Shown one piece after another: positions 40,329-49,853 of a stretch of DNA of 64,000 nucleotides (positions are counted from its first letter, which is position 1; each line of letters opens with the position of its first letter). Under the pieces are notes generated by a model, which saw only the letters and a program-made list of their open reading frames with translations, was not told the origin of the DNA and searched no databases. The DNA lies in the NCBI GenBank assembly GCA_026016225.1, contig CP061210.1:258000-321999 (forward strand). Reading direction: 5' to 3'. The DNA is from Candidatus Nealsonbacteria bacterium (lineage in GTDB: Bacteria; Patescibacteriota; Minisyncoccia; Minisyncoccales; JANBVM01). A program made the translations under genes and the position numbers.

Positions 40329-41435
40329 ATGAAAAAAAAGATTAAACTTCTTCTTCTTGTCGGGGCTCGCCCAAATTTTATAAAGGCTGCTCCGTTAATT
40401 AGAGAGGTAAAAAAACATCGGCAGATAGAGTTAGTGATGGTACACAGTGGGCAACATTATGATTTTGAAATGTCAAAGATTTTTTTTGACGAACTTAAAA
40501 TCTCAAAACCAAATTATAATTTAAAAGTGGGTTCAGGAAGTCATGCCTATCAAACAGCAGAAACAATGAAAAGGTTGGAGCCAATTTTATTAAAAGAAAA
40601 ACCAAATCTAGTAATTGTTGTCGGTGATGTTAATTCTACTTTGGCAGCTGCTTTAACGGCTACTAAAACCAATATTCCAGTTACTCACATTGAAGCAGGT
40701 CTCCGATCTTTTGATATGGCTATGCCAGAAGAAGTAAATAGGCGTCTCACAGATCATATGTCAAGCTTTTTGTTTGTGACCGAACCAAGTGGAATTAAAA
40801 ATTTAGTAAAAGAAGGGATTTCAAAAAATAAAATTTTTTTTGTTGGTAACATTATGATAGATACATTACTTGATATGAAAAGTAAGGCACAAAAAATAAA
40901 AATCTTAGAAGCACTGAAATTAAAGAAAAAGGCTTATGGAGTTTTAACTCTTCATCGTCCAGAAAATGTTGCTGACGAAAAAGTTTTTAAAGACTTGCTT
41001 GCTGTAATCGAAGAAATTCAAAGAAAAATAAAAATCATTTGGCCAATTCATCCAAGGGTGAAGAGGCACCTCAAAGAATTTAATTTTTTAAAAAAGATAA
41101 AGAAAATGAAAAACTTATTATTAATTAAACCTTTAGGATATCTTGAGATGCTTACTTTAAACAAAGAAGCTAAATTTGTTCTGACTGATAGTGGGGGAAT
41201 CCAGGAAGAGACAACAGTATTAAATATTCCCTGTCTGACCTTAAGAAAAAATACAGAAAGACCTGTCACGGTCCAAAAAGGGACTAATGTTATTGTGGGG
41301 AATGATAGAAATAAAATTATTAAAGAATTATCGATAATTTTAAAAGGAAAATATAAAAAAAGAAAAGTAATAAAGTTTTGGGATGGACACACCGCAGAAA
41401 GAATTGTTAAGATTTTGATTTCAAAATTATCTTAA
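40329..41435 (+). CDS. wecB: UDP-N-acetylglucosamine 2-epimerase (non-hydrolysing)
   Basis: GARPNFIK, HSGQH, VGDVNS, HIEAGLRS, PEEVNR, TDSGGIQEE, TERP. Confidence 0.93.
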   Translation: MKKKIKLLLLVGARPNFIKAAPLIREVKKHRQIELVMVHSGQHYDFEMSKIFFDELKISKPNYNLKVGSGSHAYQTAETMKRLEPILLKEKPNLVIVVGDVNSTLAAALTATKTNIPVTHIEAGLRSFDMAMPEEVNRRLTDHMSSFLFVTEPSGIKNLVKEGISKNKIFFVGNIMIDTLLDMKSKAQKIKILEALKLKKKAYGVLTLHRPENVADEKVFKDLLAVIEEIQRKIKIIWPIHPRVKRHLKEFNFLKKIKKMKNLLLIKPLGYLEMLTLNKEAKFVLTDSGGIQEETTVLNIPCLTLRKNTERPVTVQKGTNVIVGNDRNKIIKELSIILKGKYKKRKVIKFWDGHTAERIVKILISKLS

Positions 41436-41452
41436 TGTTAAAGATATAAGTT

Positions 41453-42637
41453 ATGAAAATATTACATATAGTAAACTATTTTCAACCAAAATTGGGCTAC
41501 CAAGAAACATTTTTAGCTAAAAAACATAGGGATTTTGGGCACGAAGTTCACGTAATTACATCTAATCGTTATTTTCCATTTCCAAATTACGACAACCTTA
41601 TTAAGCCAGTTCTTGGTAGTAGATATTTAAAAGCTGGTAATTTTGTGGAGGAAAATATAGTCACTTATCGACTAGAAGTTTTATTTGAAATAAAAAAAAG
41701 AGTTTGGCTAATTGGTCTTGAGAAAAAAATAAGGGAACTGAAGCCAGATATTATTTTTCTCCACGGGGTTTCTAATATCAATGCTATAAGGGTTGGATTT
41801 TTAAAAAAGAGAAATTCTAAACAATTCAAGTTAATTTATGATGACCACATGCTTTATGTGGTTAGTAAACACAAGTTAAGAAAACTATTTTACCTTATTT
41901 TCAAGCTGTTTTTTTCTAAATTATTAATTCAATCAGCAGATGGATTTATCGCTTGCAATAATGGGACAAAAAAGTTTATGAATGACTGTTATGGTATACC
42001 GCTTGATTTAATAGTGACAATACCACTGGGTGCAGACAAGGATTTATTTAGATTTAACGAGAAATCCAGGGATCTGATTAGAAATAAACTGGGAGTCGAA
42101 AAACAGTCAGTTATTTTTATTTATGCCGGCAAGATTACTCCTAAAAAGGGCCCAGACTTACTTGTTAAGGCCGGGCTGGAGTTAACTAGGAAATACAAGA
42201 ATTTTAAAATCCTTCTCTTGGGCGATAGTTCTTCAGAGTATATTAAATTTTTGAAGAAATTAATAAGAGAAAAGAAAGGCGAAGAATTTTTTATTTGGTT
42301 ACCAACTATTTATAATAAAGAGCTTCCTAAGTATTATTCTTCTGCAGATATTGGCGTATGGCCTCGAGAATCTTCTTTGACTATGCTTGAAGCCCAAGCC
42401 TGTAATTTACCTATTATTGTAAGCGATTCAGTGATAGCCGGAGCTAGCGATAGAATCCTTAACAATAATGGTCTAACGTTTAAAGATGGTGACTACTTAG
42501 ATTTAGCAAAAAAAATGGAATCATTAATTTTAGATAAAGAATTACGAATAAAAATGGGAAAACGGGGCAGAAAACTAGTTGAAGAAAAATTTAATTGGGG
42601 TATAATAGCCAAGCAATTTATTGATTTAGCTTCTTAA
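41453..42637 (+). CDS. Glycosyltransferase family 4
   Basis: YAGKITPKKG, EAQACNLP, NW C-terminal helix. Confidence 0.88.
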   Translation: MKILHIVNYFQPKLGYQETFLAKKHRDFGHEVHVITSNRYFPFPNYDNLIKPVLGSRYLKAGNFVEENIVTYRLEVLFEIKKRVWLIGLEKKIRELKPDIIFLHGVSNINAIRVGFLKKRNSKQFKLIYDDHMLYVVSKHKLRKLFYLIFKLFFSKLLIQSADGFIACNNGTKKFMNDCYGIPLDLIVTIPLGADKDLFRFNEKSRDLIRNKLGVEKQSVIFIYAGKITPKKGPDLLVKAGLELTRKYKNFKILLLGDSSSEYIKFLKKLIREKKGEEFFIWLPTIYNKELPKYYSSADIGVWPRESSLTMLEAQACNLPIIVSDSVIAGASDRILNNNGLTFKDGDYLDLAKKMESLILDKELRIKMGKRGRKLVEEKFNWGIIAKQFIDLAS

Positions 42638-42652
42638 TTTTAGTTAAACAAT

Positions 42653-43372
42653 ATGGACCATAAAGAACTTTATGAGAGACAATACGGTGAAAAAAAACTA
42701 ATAAGTGTTTCCTCTTTTTCTTTTTTGAGAAAAATCTTTGAGAAGCTTGATTTTGATCGAGAGGATTTAACTTTGAGTTTATTAAAAAATACTAGAGGGA
42801 AATTGCTTGATGTCGGTTGTGGAAGTGGCTCTTTGATATTCAAAGCCAGAGATAAATTTGACGAGCTTTATGGAATAGATATTTCTTCAAGCCGTATTAA
42901 AAAGGCTCAGGAAATATCTAAGCAGAAATTTTTTGGAGATGCGAATTTACGTTTCTTCGTCCGCGATATTGGTAAGGGACTAACTTTTGCCGACAAAAGC
43001 TTTGATGTGGTTACTTGTGTTGCGGTCCTAGAGCATCTTTTCGACCCTTATTTTGTTGTAGGTGAGATTAATAGAGTCTTAAAACCCGGTGGAATTTTTA
43101 TTGTTGAGGTCCCCAATATAGCTTATTTAAAATACAGAGTTCAATTGCTTTTTGGAAGGTTGCCAGTAACTTCCTCTCCCCTTAATTGGAAAGAGATGGG
43201 ATGGGATGGTGGTCACTTACATTATTTTACCGAAAAGACTCTTTGTAAATTATTAGAAGAGTCTGGTTTTAAAATTTTAAAAGTATCAGGTTGTGGCCTG
43301 TTTGCTAATTTTCGAAATTTTTGGCCATCTCTTTTGACAGGAGATTTAATTATTAAAGCTCAAAAAATTTGA
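42653..43372 (+). CDS. Class I SAM-dependent methyltransferase
   Basis: LLDVGCGSG, VLEHL, LKPGG. Confidence 0.88.
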   Translation: MDHKELYERQYGEKKLISVSSFSFLRKIFEKLDFDREDLTLSLLKNTRGKLLDVGCGSGSLIFKARDKFDELYGIDISSSRIKKAQEISKQKFFGDANLRFFVRDIGKGLTFADKSFDVVTCVAVLEHLFDPYFVVGEINRVLKPGGIFIVEVPNIAYLKYRVQLLFGRLPVTSSPLNWKEMGWDGGHLHYFTEKTLCKLLEESGFKILKVSGCGLFANFRNFWPSLLTGDLIIKAQKI

Positions 43373-43482
43373 TGAAAAAAGTCATTTTGATCACTAATAT
43401 TATTTCTTCTTTTCGTACGCCCCTTTATAATTATGTTGCCAAGGAGGGGAGGTTTGATTTCAAGGTAATGGCTTTATTTTAA
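43372..43482 (+). pseudogene. N-terminal remnant (36 aa) of a GT4-like glycosyltransferase
   Basis: MKKVILITNIISSFRTPLYNYV.., coupled by TGATG to the upstream gene, then truncated. Confidence 0.55.
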
Positions 43483-43503
43483 AATATTTAAACAAATATA
43501 AAT

Positions 43504-44184
43504 ATGTTTAGAAGAGATTTAAAATATGAAAAAAATTTTTGGGGAAAAAAGTTTATTCCAATTAAAAATAAAAGCTTACAGCGAAGGCAGAAATTTATCC
43601 AAGCTTGGATAGAGAGATTTTGGAATATTCCTAAAAATGCAAGAATATTAGAAATAGGGGGAGCAGGGAAACCGCTTATTAATTTTTTTCAGGGTGGAGA
43701 AAAATATGTCCTTGATCCTTTAATAGATTTTTATGAGAAAAAGTTTCCCGAATTTTATACTGATTCTGATTTATGTAAGCTAAAAACCGAAGCAGAAAAT
43801 ATGCATTTTAAAAACAATACTTTTGACCTTATTATTATGCTAAATGTTTTGGATCATACAGAAAGTCCCCAGAAAGTAATAAAAGAGTGTTACCGTGTGC
43901 TTAAAAAAGAAGGAGTAATAATTTTATCAGTAGACACCTTTAATCTTTTTTGGAAAATTTTTCGTAGATTTCTACCATTTTTTGGTTTTAAGCATTATCG
44001 TTTACATCCTCAGGTATTGAGAATAAGGGATGTTAAACAAATATTACAGAAAAATGATTTTCGAATACTTAACCTTTTTATAACAGAAAAAATAAAAACA
44101 AATCCTCTTTTTTCACTTAAAGAAAAACTAAAGTTTTACCTAGAATATAATCTTTATTGTACGTATGTATTAGCCAAAAAATGA
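43504..44184 (+). CDS. Class I SAM-dependent methyltransferase
   Basis: ILEIGGAG, FDLIIMLNVLDH, RVLKKEG. Confidence 0.85.
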   Translation: MFRRDLKYEKNFWGKKFIPIKNKSLQRRQKFIQAWIERFWNIPKNARILEIGGAGKPLINFFQGGEKYVLDPLIDFYEKKFPEFYTDSDLCKLKTEAENMHFKNNTFDLIIMLNVLDHTESPQKVIKECYRVLKKEGVIILSVDTFNLFWKIFRRFLPFFGFKHYRLHPQVLRIRDVKQILQKNDFRILNLFITEKIKTNPLFSLKEKLKFYLEYNLYCTYVLAKK

Positions 44185-44360
44185 AAAAAGTTATTGATTC
44201 AAACAATGTTTTAGAAATAATAGAACAAATAAAATTTTGTAAGGAAAATTTAGACCAGATTAAAATGAGTCGAGTAAAAATAGGTGATTGGGTAAGAAAA
44301 AATTTAAGTATAGCAAAAAGCGGAGATGATTATACCTCGGCCATAAAGTCTTTAATATGA
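44181..44360 (+). pseudogene. Internally deleted GT4-like remnant (start fused to C-terminal helices)
   Basis: MKKVI followed by DSNNVLEIIEQI..VRKNLSIAKSGDDY, resembling GT-B C-terminal helices. Confidence 0.5.
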
Positions 44361-44370
44361 GAATAGTAAT

Positions 44371-45597
44371 ATGGTAAAGAAGATTTTAACGATAAATACA
44401 GTATTTTCTCAGGGGGGAGCAGCAAAGATAGCTAGAACATTACATGACGTTTTAAATAAGACGCCAGGGTTTTCTAGTCGTTTTGCTTATGGAAGGGGAA
44501 AAAAGATAAAAAGCAAAGAAGTTTTTAGTTTTGGTGTACGATCCGAAGCTTATCTACGTGCTTTTTTGACTCGACTGATGGGTCTTCAGGGGTGCGGAAG
44601 CTGGTTTTCAACTAAACGGCTAGAAGGTTTTATTTTAAAAGAAAAATTTGACCTGATTCATCTTCATAATTTACATGGCTATTATTTAGATTTAAGCTTC
44701 GTCAGGTTTTTGAATAAATTAAATATTCCTATTGTTTGGACTTTGCATGATGCTTGGCCTATAACCGGAAGATGCTCCTATTTCTTGGATTGTAACCGTT
44801 GGAAGACAGGTTGTGGAAGCTGCCCTTCTTTGTCTATGTATCCAAAAACCTATCTTGATTCTTCGGCCTTGATGTGGAAAAAAAAGAAAGAATGTTTTAC
44901 TAAAGGGTGGAGCCCAGTTGTTGTTTGTCCATCTTGGTGGTTAGCAGATAGAGTAAAAGAGTCTTATTTAAACAAATATAGGGTGGAGGTTATTCCAAAC
45001 GGTGTTGACACAGGAATTTTTAAACCAAAAGACAGAGTTAAAATTCAGGAGAGATTAAAGATATCACCCTCAAAAAAGATTATTCTTTTTGTGGCAGCTG
45101 ACTTAAGGGAGGAAAGAAAGGGAACAGAATATTTTTTTGAAGCACTGAAATATGTTAAAACTAAAGATTGTCTTGTGTTGACCGTGGGAAAGAAAATAAA
45201 TCTTAATCAAAAGACAAAAGAGAATATAGAGATTAAACAATTAGGGTATATGTCTGATAATAATTTAATTTCTGATATTTATAATACGTCTGACATTTTT
45301 TGTACCACTTCTTTGCAAGATAATTTTCCTACAACTATTTTAGAGGCTATGGCCTGCGGGATACCTATAATTGGTTTCAAGACAGGAGGGATTCCAGAAC
45401 AGGTTTCCGAAGATTGCGGGATTTTAATTGAATCAAGGAACGTTGAGGAATTAGCTGAAGGAATTGACGAGCTCCTAAGTAATAATGAGAAGCGGAATAA
45501 GTTCAGTTTAAATTGTAGAAGGCGAGTTCTAGAAAATTATTCAATTGAAAAGTTCAAAGAGCAATATATTAATTTATACAAAAACCTTTTGAAATAA
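44371..45597 (+). CDS. Glycosyltransferase family 4 (WcaC-like)
   Basis: GGAA, HLHNLHG, WTLHD, CPS, DNFPTTILEAMACG. Confidence 0.88.
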   Translation: MVKKILTINTVFSQGGAAKIARTLHDVLNKTPGFSSRFAYGRGKKIKSKEVFSFGVRSEAYLRAFLTRLMGLQGCGSWFSTKRLEGFILKEKFDLIHLHNLHGYYLDLSFVRFLNKLNIPIVWTLHDAWPITGRCSYFLDCNRWKTGCGSCPSLSMYPKTYLDSSALMWKKKKECFTKGWSPVVVCPSWWLADRVKESYLNKYRVEVIPNGVDTGIFKPKDRVKIQERLKISPSKKIILFVAADLREERKGTEYFFEALKYVKTKDCLVLTVGKKINLNQKTKENIEIKQLGYMSDNNLISDIYNTSDIFCTTSLQDNFPTTILEAMACGIPIIGFKTGGIPEQVSEDCGILIESRNVEELAEGIDELLSNNEKRNKFSLNCRRRVLENYSIEKFKEQYINLYKNLLK

Positions 45598-45604
45598 ATT
45601 TTTT

Positions 45605-46366
45605 ATGACAAATTTCCCATTGATTTCAATAATTACGGTAGTCTTGAACGGAAAAAAAACCATTGAAAAAACATTAAAGAGTGTTTTAGAGCAGGGCTAC
45701 GAGAACATAGAGTATATTATTATCGACGGTGGCTCAACAGACGGAACCTTAGATATCATTAATAGATATAAAGACAAAATCAAAAAGATTGTTTCCGAAC
45801 CCGATAAGGGAATTTATGATGCTATGAATAAGGGAATAGCAATGGCTTCGGGTGATATTATCGGAATTTTAAATGGAGACGACTTATATGCTGACGGGAA
45901 TGTAATTAAAAAGGTGGTTGAAAAGATGGAAGAGGATAAAGCAGATGTTTGCTGGGGAGATTTGATTTATGTAAATGCAAATAATTCAGATAAAATAGTC
46001 AGATATTGGAAGTCTTCAGAATACAAAGAAGGGAAGTTTCAAAAAGGATGGATGCCTCCACATTCAACGTTTTTTGTTAAAAAACAGATTTATAAAAAAT
46101 ACGGTGTTTTTAATTTAGATTTTCCCATTTCAGCTGATTATGAATTAATGTTGAGGTTTTTAGAAAAGTATAAATTAAAATCTTGTTATATGTCTCAGGT
46201 TTTGGTAAAAATGAGGATAGGAGGTCAAAGTAATAAAAACCTTCTTAATATTGTTAAGGGAAATGTCGAATGTTATAAGGCTTATAAAATAAATGGGTTG
46301 AAGATAAGTTTTTTAAGAATTTTCTTAAAACCTTTATCTAAAATCTCTCAATATTTTAAAAAATGA
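45605..46366 (+). CDS. Glycosyltransferase family 2 (WcaE-like)
   Basis: IDGGSTDGT, SEPDKGIYDAMNKG, LNGDD, ADYE. Confidence 0.9.
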   Translation: MTNFPLISIITVVLNGKKTIEKTLKSVLEQGYENIEYIIIDGGSTDGTLDIINRYKDKIKKIVSEPDKGIYDAMNKGIAMASGDIIGILNGDDLYADGNVIKKVVEKMEEDKADVCWGDLIYVNANNSDKIVRYWKSSEYKEGKFQKGWMPPHSTFFVKKQIYKKYGVFNLDFPISADYELMLRFLEKYKLKSCYMSQVLVKMRIGGQSNKNLLNIVKGNVECYKAYKINGLKISFLRIFLKPLSKISQYFKK

Positions 46367-47331
46367 ACAATAAAGAAAAAATCTTAGTCACAGGAGCAGG
46401 TGGATTTATTGGCCACCATTTAGTCAGATTTTTACAAAAGAAAGGTTACTGGGTAAGAGGTGTAGATATTAAATACCCAGAATTTTCTCCAAAAAATGAA
46501 GCTGATGAATTCTTGCTTTTAGATTTAAGAAACTTCCAAAATTGCCTAAAAGCAACTGAGGGAATAGACAAGGTTTATACCTTAGCTGCTAATATGGGAG
46601 GAATAGGATTTATCACTTTTCATAGAGCTGATGTAATGAGAGATAATGTTTTGATTAATATTAATATGGCAGAAGCTTCAAAAAGAAATAATATAAAACG
46701 ATTGTTTTATTCTTCTTCTGCATGTATTTATCCTATAGCTAAACAGAAAGATCCTTCGATAACTGCCTTAAAAGAGTCAGATGCTTATCCTGGCGATCCT
46801 GATAATGAATATGGTTGGGAAAAGCTATTTTCCGAAAGAGTTTATCAAAATTATCATCAAGATTATGGTTTAGATGTTAGGATTACAAGATATCATAATA
46901 TTTATGGTGAAGAGGGAACTTATGAAGGAGGAAGAGAAAAAGCTCCAGCAGCTTTATGCAGGAAAATAGCCTTAGCTAAAGATGGAGATAAAATTGATAT
47001 TTGGGGAGACGGTAAACAGACTCGTTCTTTTTGCTATATCGATGATTGTTTAGAGGGAACTTATGCTTTGATGGAGTCTGATTATAGAGAGCCTTTGAAT
47101 ATTGGTTCTGATAGATTAGTAACGATTAATGGATTAGTAGACATAATCTCTAATATTGCAGGAAAGCGTTTAGAAAAAGTTCATCAATTAGATAAACCCC
47201 AAGGAGTAAGAGGAAGAAATGCTGATTTAACATTAGTTAAAGAAACGCTTAATTGGAAGCCCATAGTTTCTTTAGAGGAAGGGCTAAAAAAGACTTATCA
47301 ATGGATACAAGAAGAATTAAGAAAAACATAA
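46363..47331 (+). CDS. GDP-mannose 3,5-epimerase-like SDR
   Basis: TGAGGFIG, AANMGGIGFI, SSACIYP, YGWEK, GGREKAPAA. Confidence 0.8.
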   Translation: MNNKEKILVTGAGGFIGHHLVRFLQKKGYWVRGVDIKYPEFSPKNEADEFLLLDLRNFQNCLKATEGIDKVYTLAANMGGIGFITFHRADVMRDNVLININMAEASKRNNIKRLFYSSSACIYPIAKQKDPSITALKESDAYPGDPDNEYGWEKLFSERVYQNYHQDYGLDVRITRYHNIYGEEGTYEGGREKAPAALCRKIALAKDGDKIDIWGDGKQTRSFCYIDDCLEGTYALMESDYREPLNIGSDRLVTINGLVDIISNIAGKRLEKVHQLDKPQGVRGRNADLTLVKETLNWKPIVSLEEGLKKTYQWIQEELRKT

Positions 47332-47342
47332 AATAAATCTTT

Positions 47343-48416
47343 ATGAAGGCTTTAATTTTAGCTGGAGGAAAGGGATCAAGATTGTGGCCTCTTTCTAGAG
47401 AATATAAGCCAAAACAGTTCCAAAAACTGATTTCTCAGAAAACAATGTTTCAAGAAACGTTTGAAAGGATTTTACCTTTGTTTTCGATTAATGATATTTA
47501 TGTGTCTACAAATAAACACTATTTGAAAGAAATAAAACTAGAAATACCTAAACTTCTTTCTAGGAACATTATTTCAGAGCCTGCAAGTAGAGAAAGGGTA
47601 GCGGCTTTCTTGCTTTTTTTTGCACATCTAAAACAAAAAGATTTTTCAGAACCCGTGGTAATTTTACCTTCTGATCATTTAATAAAAGATGAAAAAAAGT
47701 TTCAAGAAGCGTTATTAGTTGGAGAAAGTTTTATAAAAGAGAATCCAGATTATATATTGCTTTTAGGGGAAAAACCCAACTTTCCTGATACTGGGCTTGG
47801 GTATATAAAACAAGGTAAGCTTTTAACTAAATATAATAAATTTAAAATTTATAAAGTTCCTTTTTTCAAAGAGAAGCCAAACCTAAAGAGAGCAAGAAGC
47901 TTTTTAAAAACGGAAAAGTATTTATGGAATGCAGGGATATTTATTTTTACTCCGGCTTTAATTGAAAACTTAATAAAAAAGTTTGTACCAGATAATTATC
48001 AAAGGTATGAGAAAATAAAAAAAGCTATAAGAAAATCTGGTTTTAAGAAAGTGCTGGAAAAAGAATATTTAGCAATGGATAATGTATCTTTTGATTATTC
48101 AATAGTTGAAAACTATAAAAAGAATGCTGTTTTACCTATATCTATGGGTTGGTCAGATATCGGTAGTTGGTCGGTTTTAAAAGATTGTTTGTCTTTGCCG
48201 AACAAGAATTTTGTAAAAGGAAATTATATTGAGGTTGGTTCTGAAAATATTATGGTTTATGGAAGATCTGATAAACTAGTAACAACAGTAGGGGTTAAAG
48301 ATTTAATAATTGCAGTTACCGATGATATTATTTTAGTTTGCAACAAGAAAGACTCTCAAAGGGTTAAAGAGCTGGTAAAGAAATTAAAAAAGAACAAAAA
48401 ACTTAATTATCTTTAG
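47343..48416 (+). CDS. manC: Mannose-1-phosphate guanylyltransferase
   Basis: LAGGKGSRLWPLSR..PKQF, PSDH, FKEKP, WNAG, WSDIGSW. Confidence 0.9.
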   Translation: MKALILAGGKGSRLWPLSREYKPKQFQKLISQKTMFQETFERILPLFSINDIYVSTNKHYLKEIKLEIPKLLSRNIISEPASRERVAAFLLFFAHLKQKDFSEPVVILPSDHLIKDEKKFQEALLVGESFIKENPDYILLLGEKPNFPDTGLGYIKQGKLLTKYNKFKIYKVPFFKEKPNLKRARSFLKTEKYLWNAGIFIFTPALIENLIKKFVPDNYQRYEKIKKAIRKSGFKKVLEKEYLAMDNVSFDYSIVENYKKNAVLPISMGWSDIGSWSVLKDCLSLPNKNFVKGNYIEVGSENIMVYGRSDKLVTTVGVKDLIIAVTDDIILVCNKKDSQRVKELVKKLKKNKKLNYL

Positions 48417-49729
48417 TCTTCTTTTGGAAAGAATAATTGAAAAGTTTTTAACAGAACTCCTATATCAAGCAGGAGATTTCTATTTTTTAAATAATATAAG
48501 TCATACTCGAATTTTTCTTTACTGTCCATAACAGACCTTCCATACCTGAATTTAATTTGAGCCCACCCGGTAAAGCCGGGTTTTATAATATGTCTTAAAT
48601 GGTAATAGGGGATTTCTTCCCCTAATTTTTTGACAAACTCAGGTCTCTCCGGTCTGGGACCTACTAAAGAAATATCTCCCTTTATTATGTTGAGCATTTG
48701 AGGAATCTCGTCAAAGTGTACTCTTCTTAAAAATTTACCAACTTTGGTTCTTCTTTTATCTTCTTTTTTTGCCCAAACAGCTTCTTCTTTTTCTGCTCCT
48801 ACCTTCATTGACCTAAATTTAATTAATAAAAAATTTTTTCTATCCTTTCCAACCCTTTCTTGTCTATAAAAAACAGGTCCTCTATCTTCCAATTTAATAG
48901 ATAGAGCAATTAATGGCCAAAAAGGTAAAGTTAAGATTAGTAAAAGACTGGACAGAACTACATCAAACAAGCTTTTTATTTTATCATAAAAATCCCTTCC
49001 TCCTTCCTTTAAATTTTCTAAAAACCAGGCGTGAGAAATCATTGAAACCGGAATTTTTTCATAAATCATTTCATAAGCACTTGCAAAATCTAAAAAATTT
49101 ACGCGGGCGGGCAAACAGAGATAAAGAGCTTTAAGAACTTTTGGGTCAGACTCATATTCTTCGGTAAATATGACGGTATTAATGTTTTCTTTTTGGATTT
49201 GAGAAAGAAGGTCTTTTTTAAAATCAATTGGAACTATTCTATAACCTAAATAGGGTCTTTCTGATATTCCTTTTTTTAAATCCTCAACCTGAGGTCCTTT
49301 ACCAACTATTGCCGTTTTGTTTAAAAAATGAACAGAGAATAAAGAGTAAAAAAAATTGCGCCAGAGTACTAATAAAATACCAAAAATTAAACTATTTAAT
49401 ATTAAATTAGTTTTGGGAGTGATTCCGAAAAAAGGAATAGTATAGAAAAAAAGCATTCCCAAAATTAAACCACTTAAAATTGCTCCAAAAATGTGGCTGT
49501 AAAAAGAGATTTTGCTTTTAATTAGAGGAAGATCATAAAGCCCGGAGATATAAAAAATTATGAGCCAAAAAAAATAAACTATTGAAAAAGGAAGCAAATG
49601 TAAAATAAAGACTTGAGAATTGAATTCTTCAAAAAATCCTAAAAATAACGTTATTAAAAGCGAAACATAGAGCAAAAAAATATCTCCTAAGAAAAGAAGA
49701 AATTTTTTGAAACTTAGCGTATTTAACAT
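48413..49729 (-). CDS. Polyprenyl-phosphate glycosylphosphotransferase (WbaP/WcaJ-like initiating sugar transferase)
   Basis: 4+1 TM helices, KFRSM, DEIPQ, SLVGPRPE, KPGFTGWAQ, DLYY. Confidence 0.9.
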   Translation of the reverse strand: MLNTLSFKKFLLFLGDIFLLYVSLLITLFLGFFEEFNSQVFILHLLPFSIVYFFWLIIFYISGLYDLPLIKSKISFYSHIFGAILSGLILGMLFFYTIPFFGITPKTNLILNSLIFGILLVLWRNFFYSLFSVHFLNKTAIVGKGPQVEDLKKGISERPYLGYRIVPIDFKKDLLSQIQKENINTVIFTEEYESDPKVLKALYLCLPARVNFLDFASAYEMIYEKIPVSMISHAWFLENLKEGGRDFYDKIKSLFDVVLSSLLLILTLPFWPLIALSIKLEDRGPVFYRQERVGKDRKNFLLIKFRSMKVGAEKEEAVWAKKEDKRRTKVGKFLRRVHFDEIPQMLNIIKGDISLVGPRPERPEFVKKLGEEIPYYHLRHIIKPGFTGWAQIKFRYGRSVMDSKEKFEYDLYYLKNRNLLLDIGVLLKTFQLFFPKED

Positions 49730-49853
49730 AGATTAACTTAGAGATGATAATGCAATTATTAAGTTTAAAAGAAAAATGATTAAAAATCAACCCAAGTAGA
49801 GAAATTTTGACTGATAATGATTTATTGCTTAAAATAAAAAGATAAATAATAAA

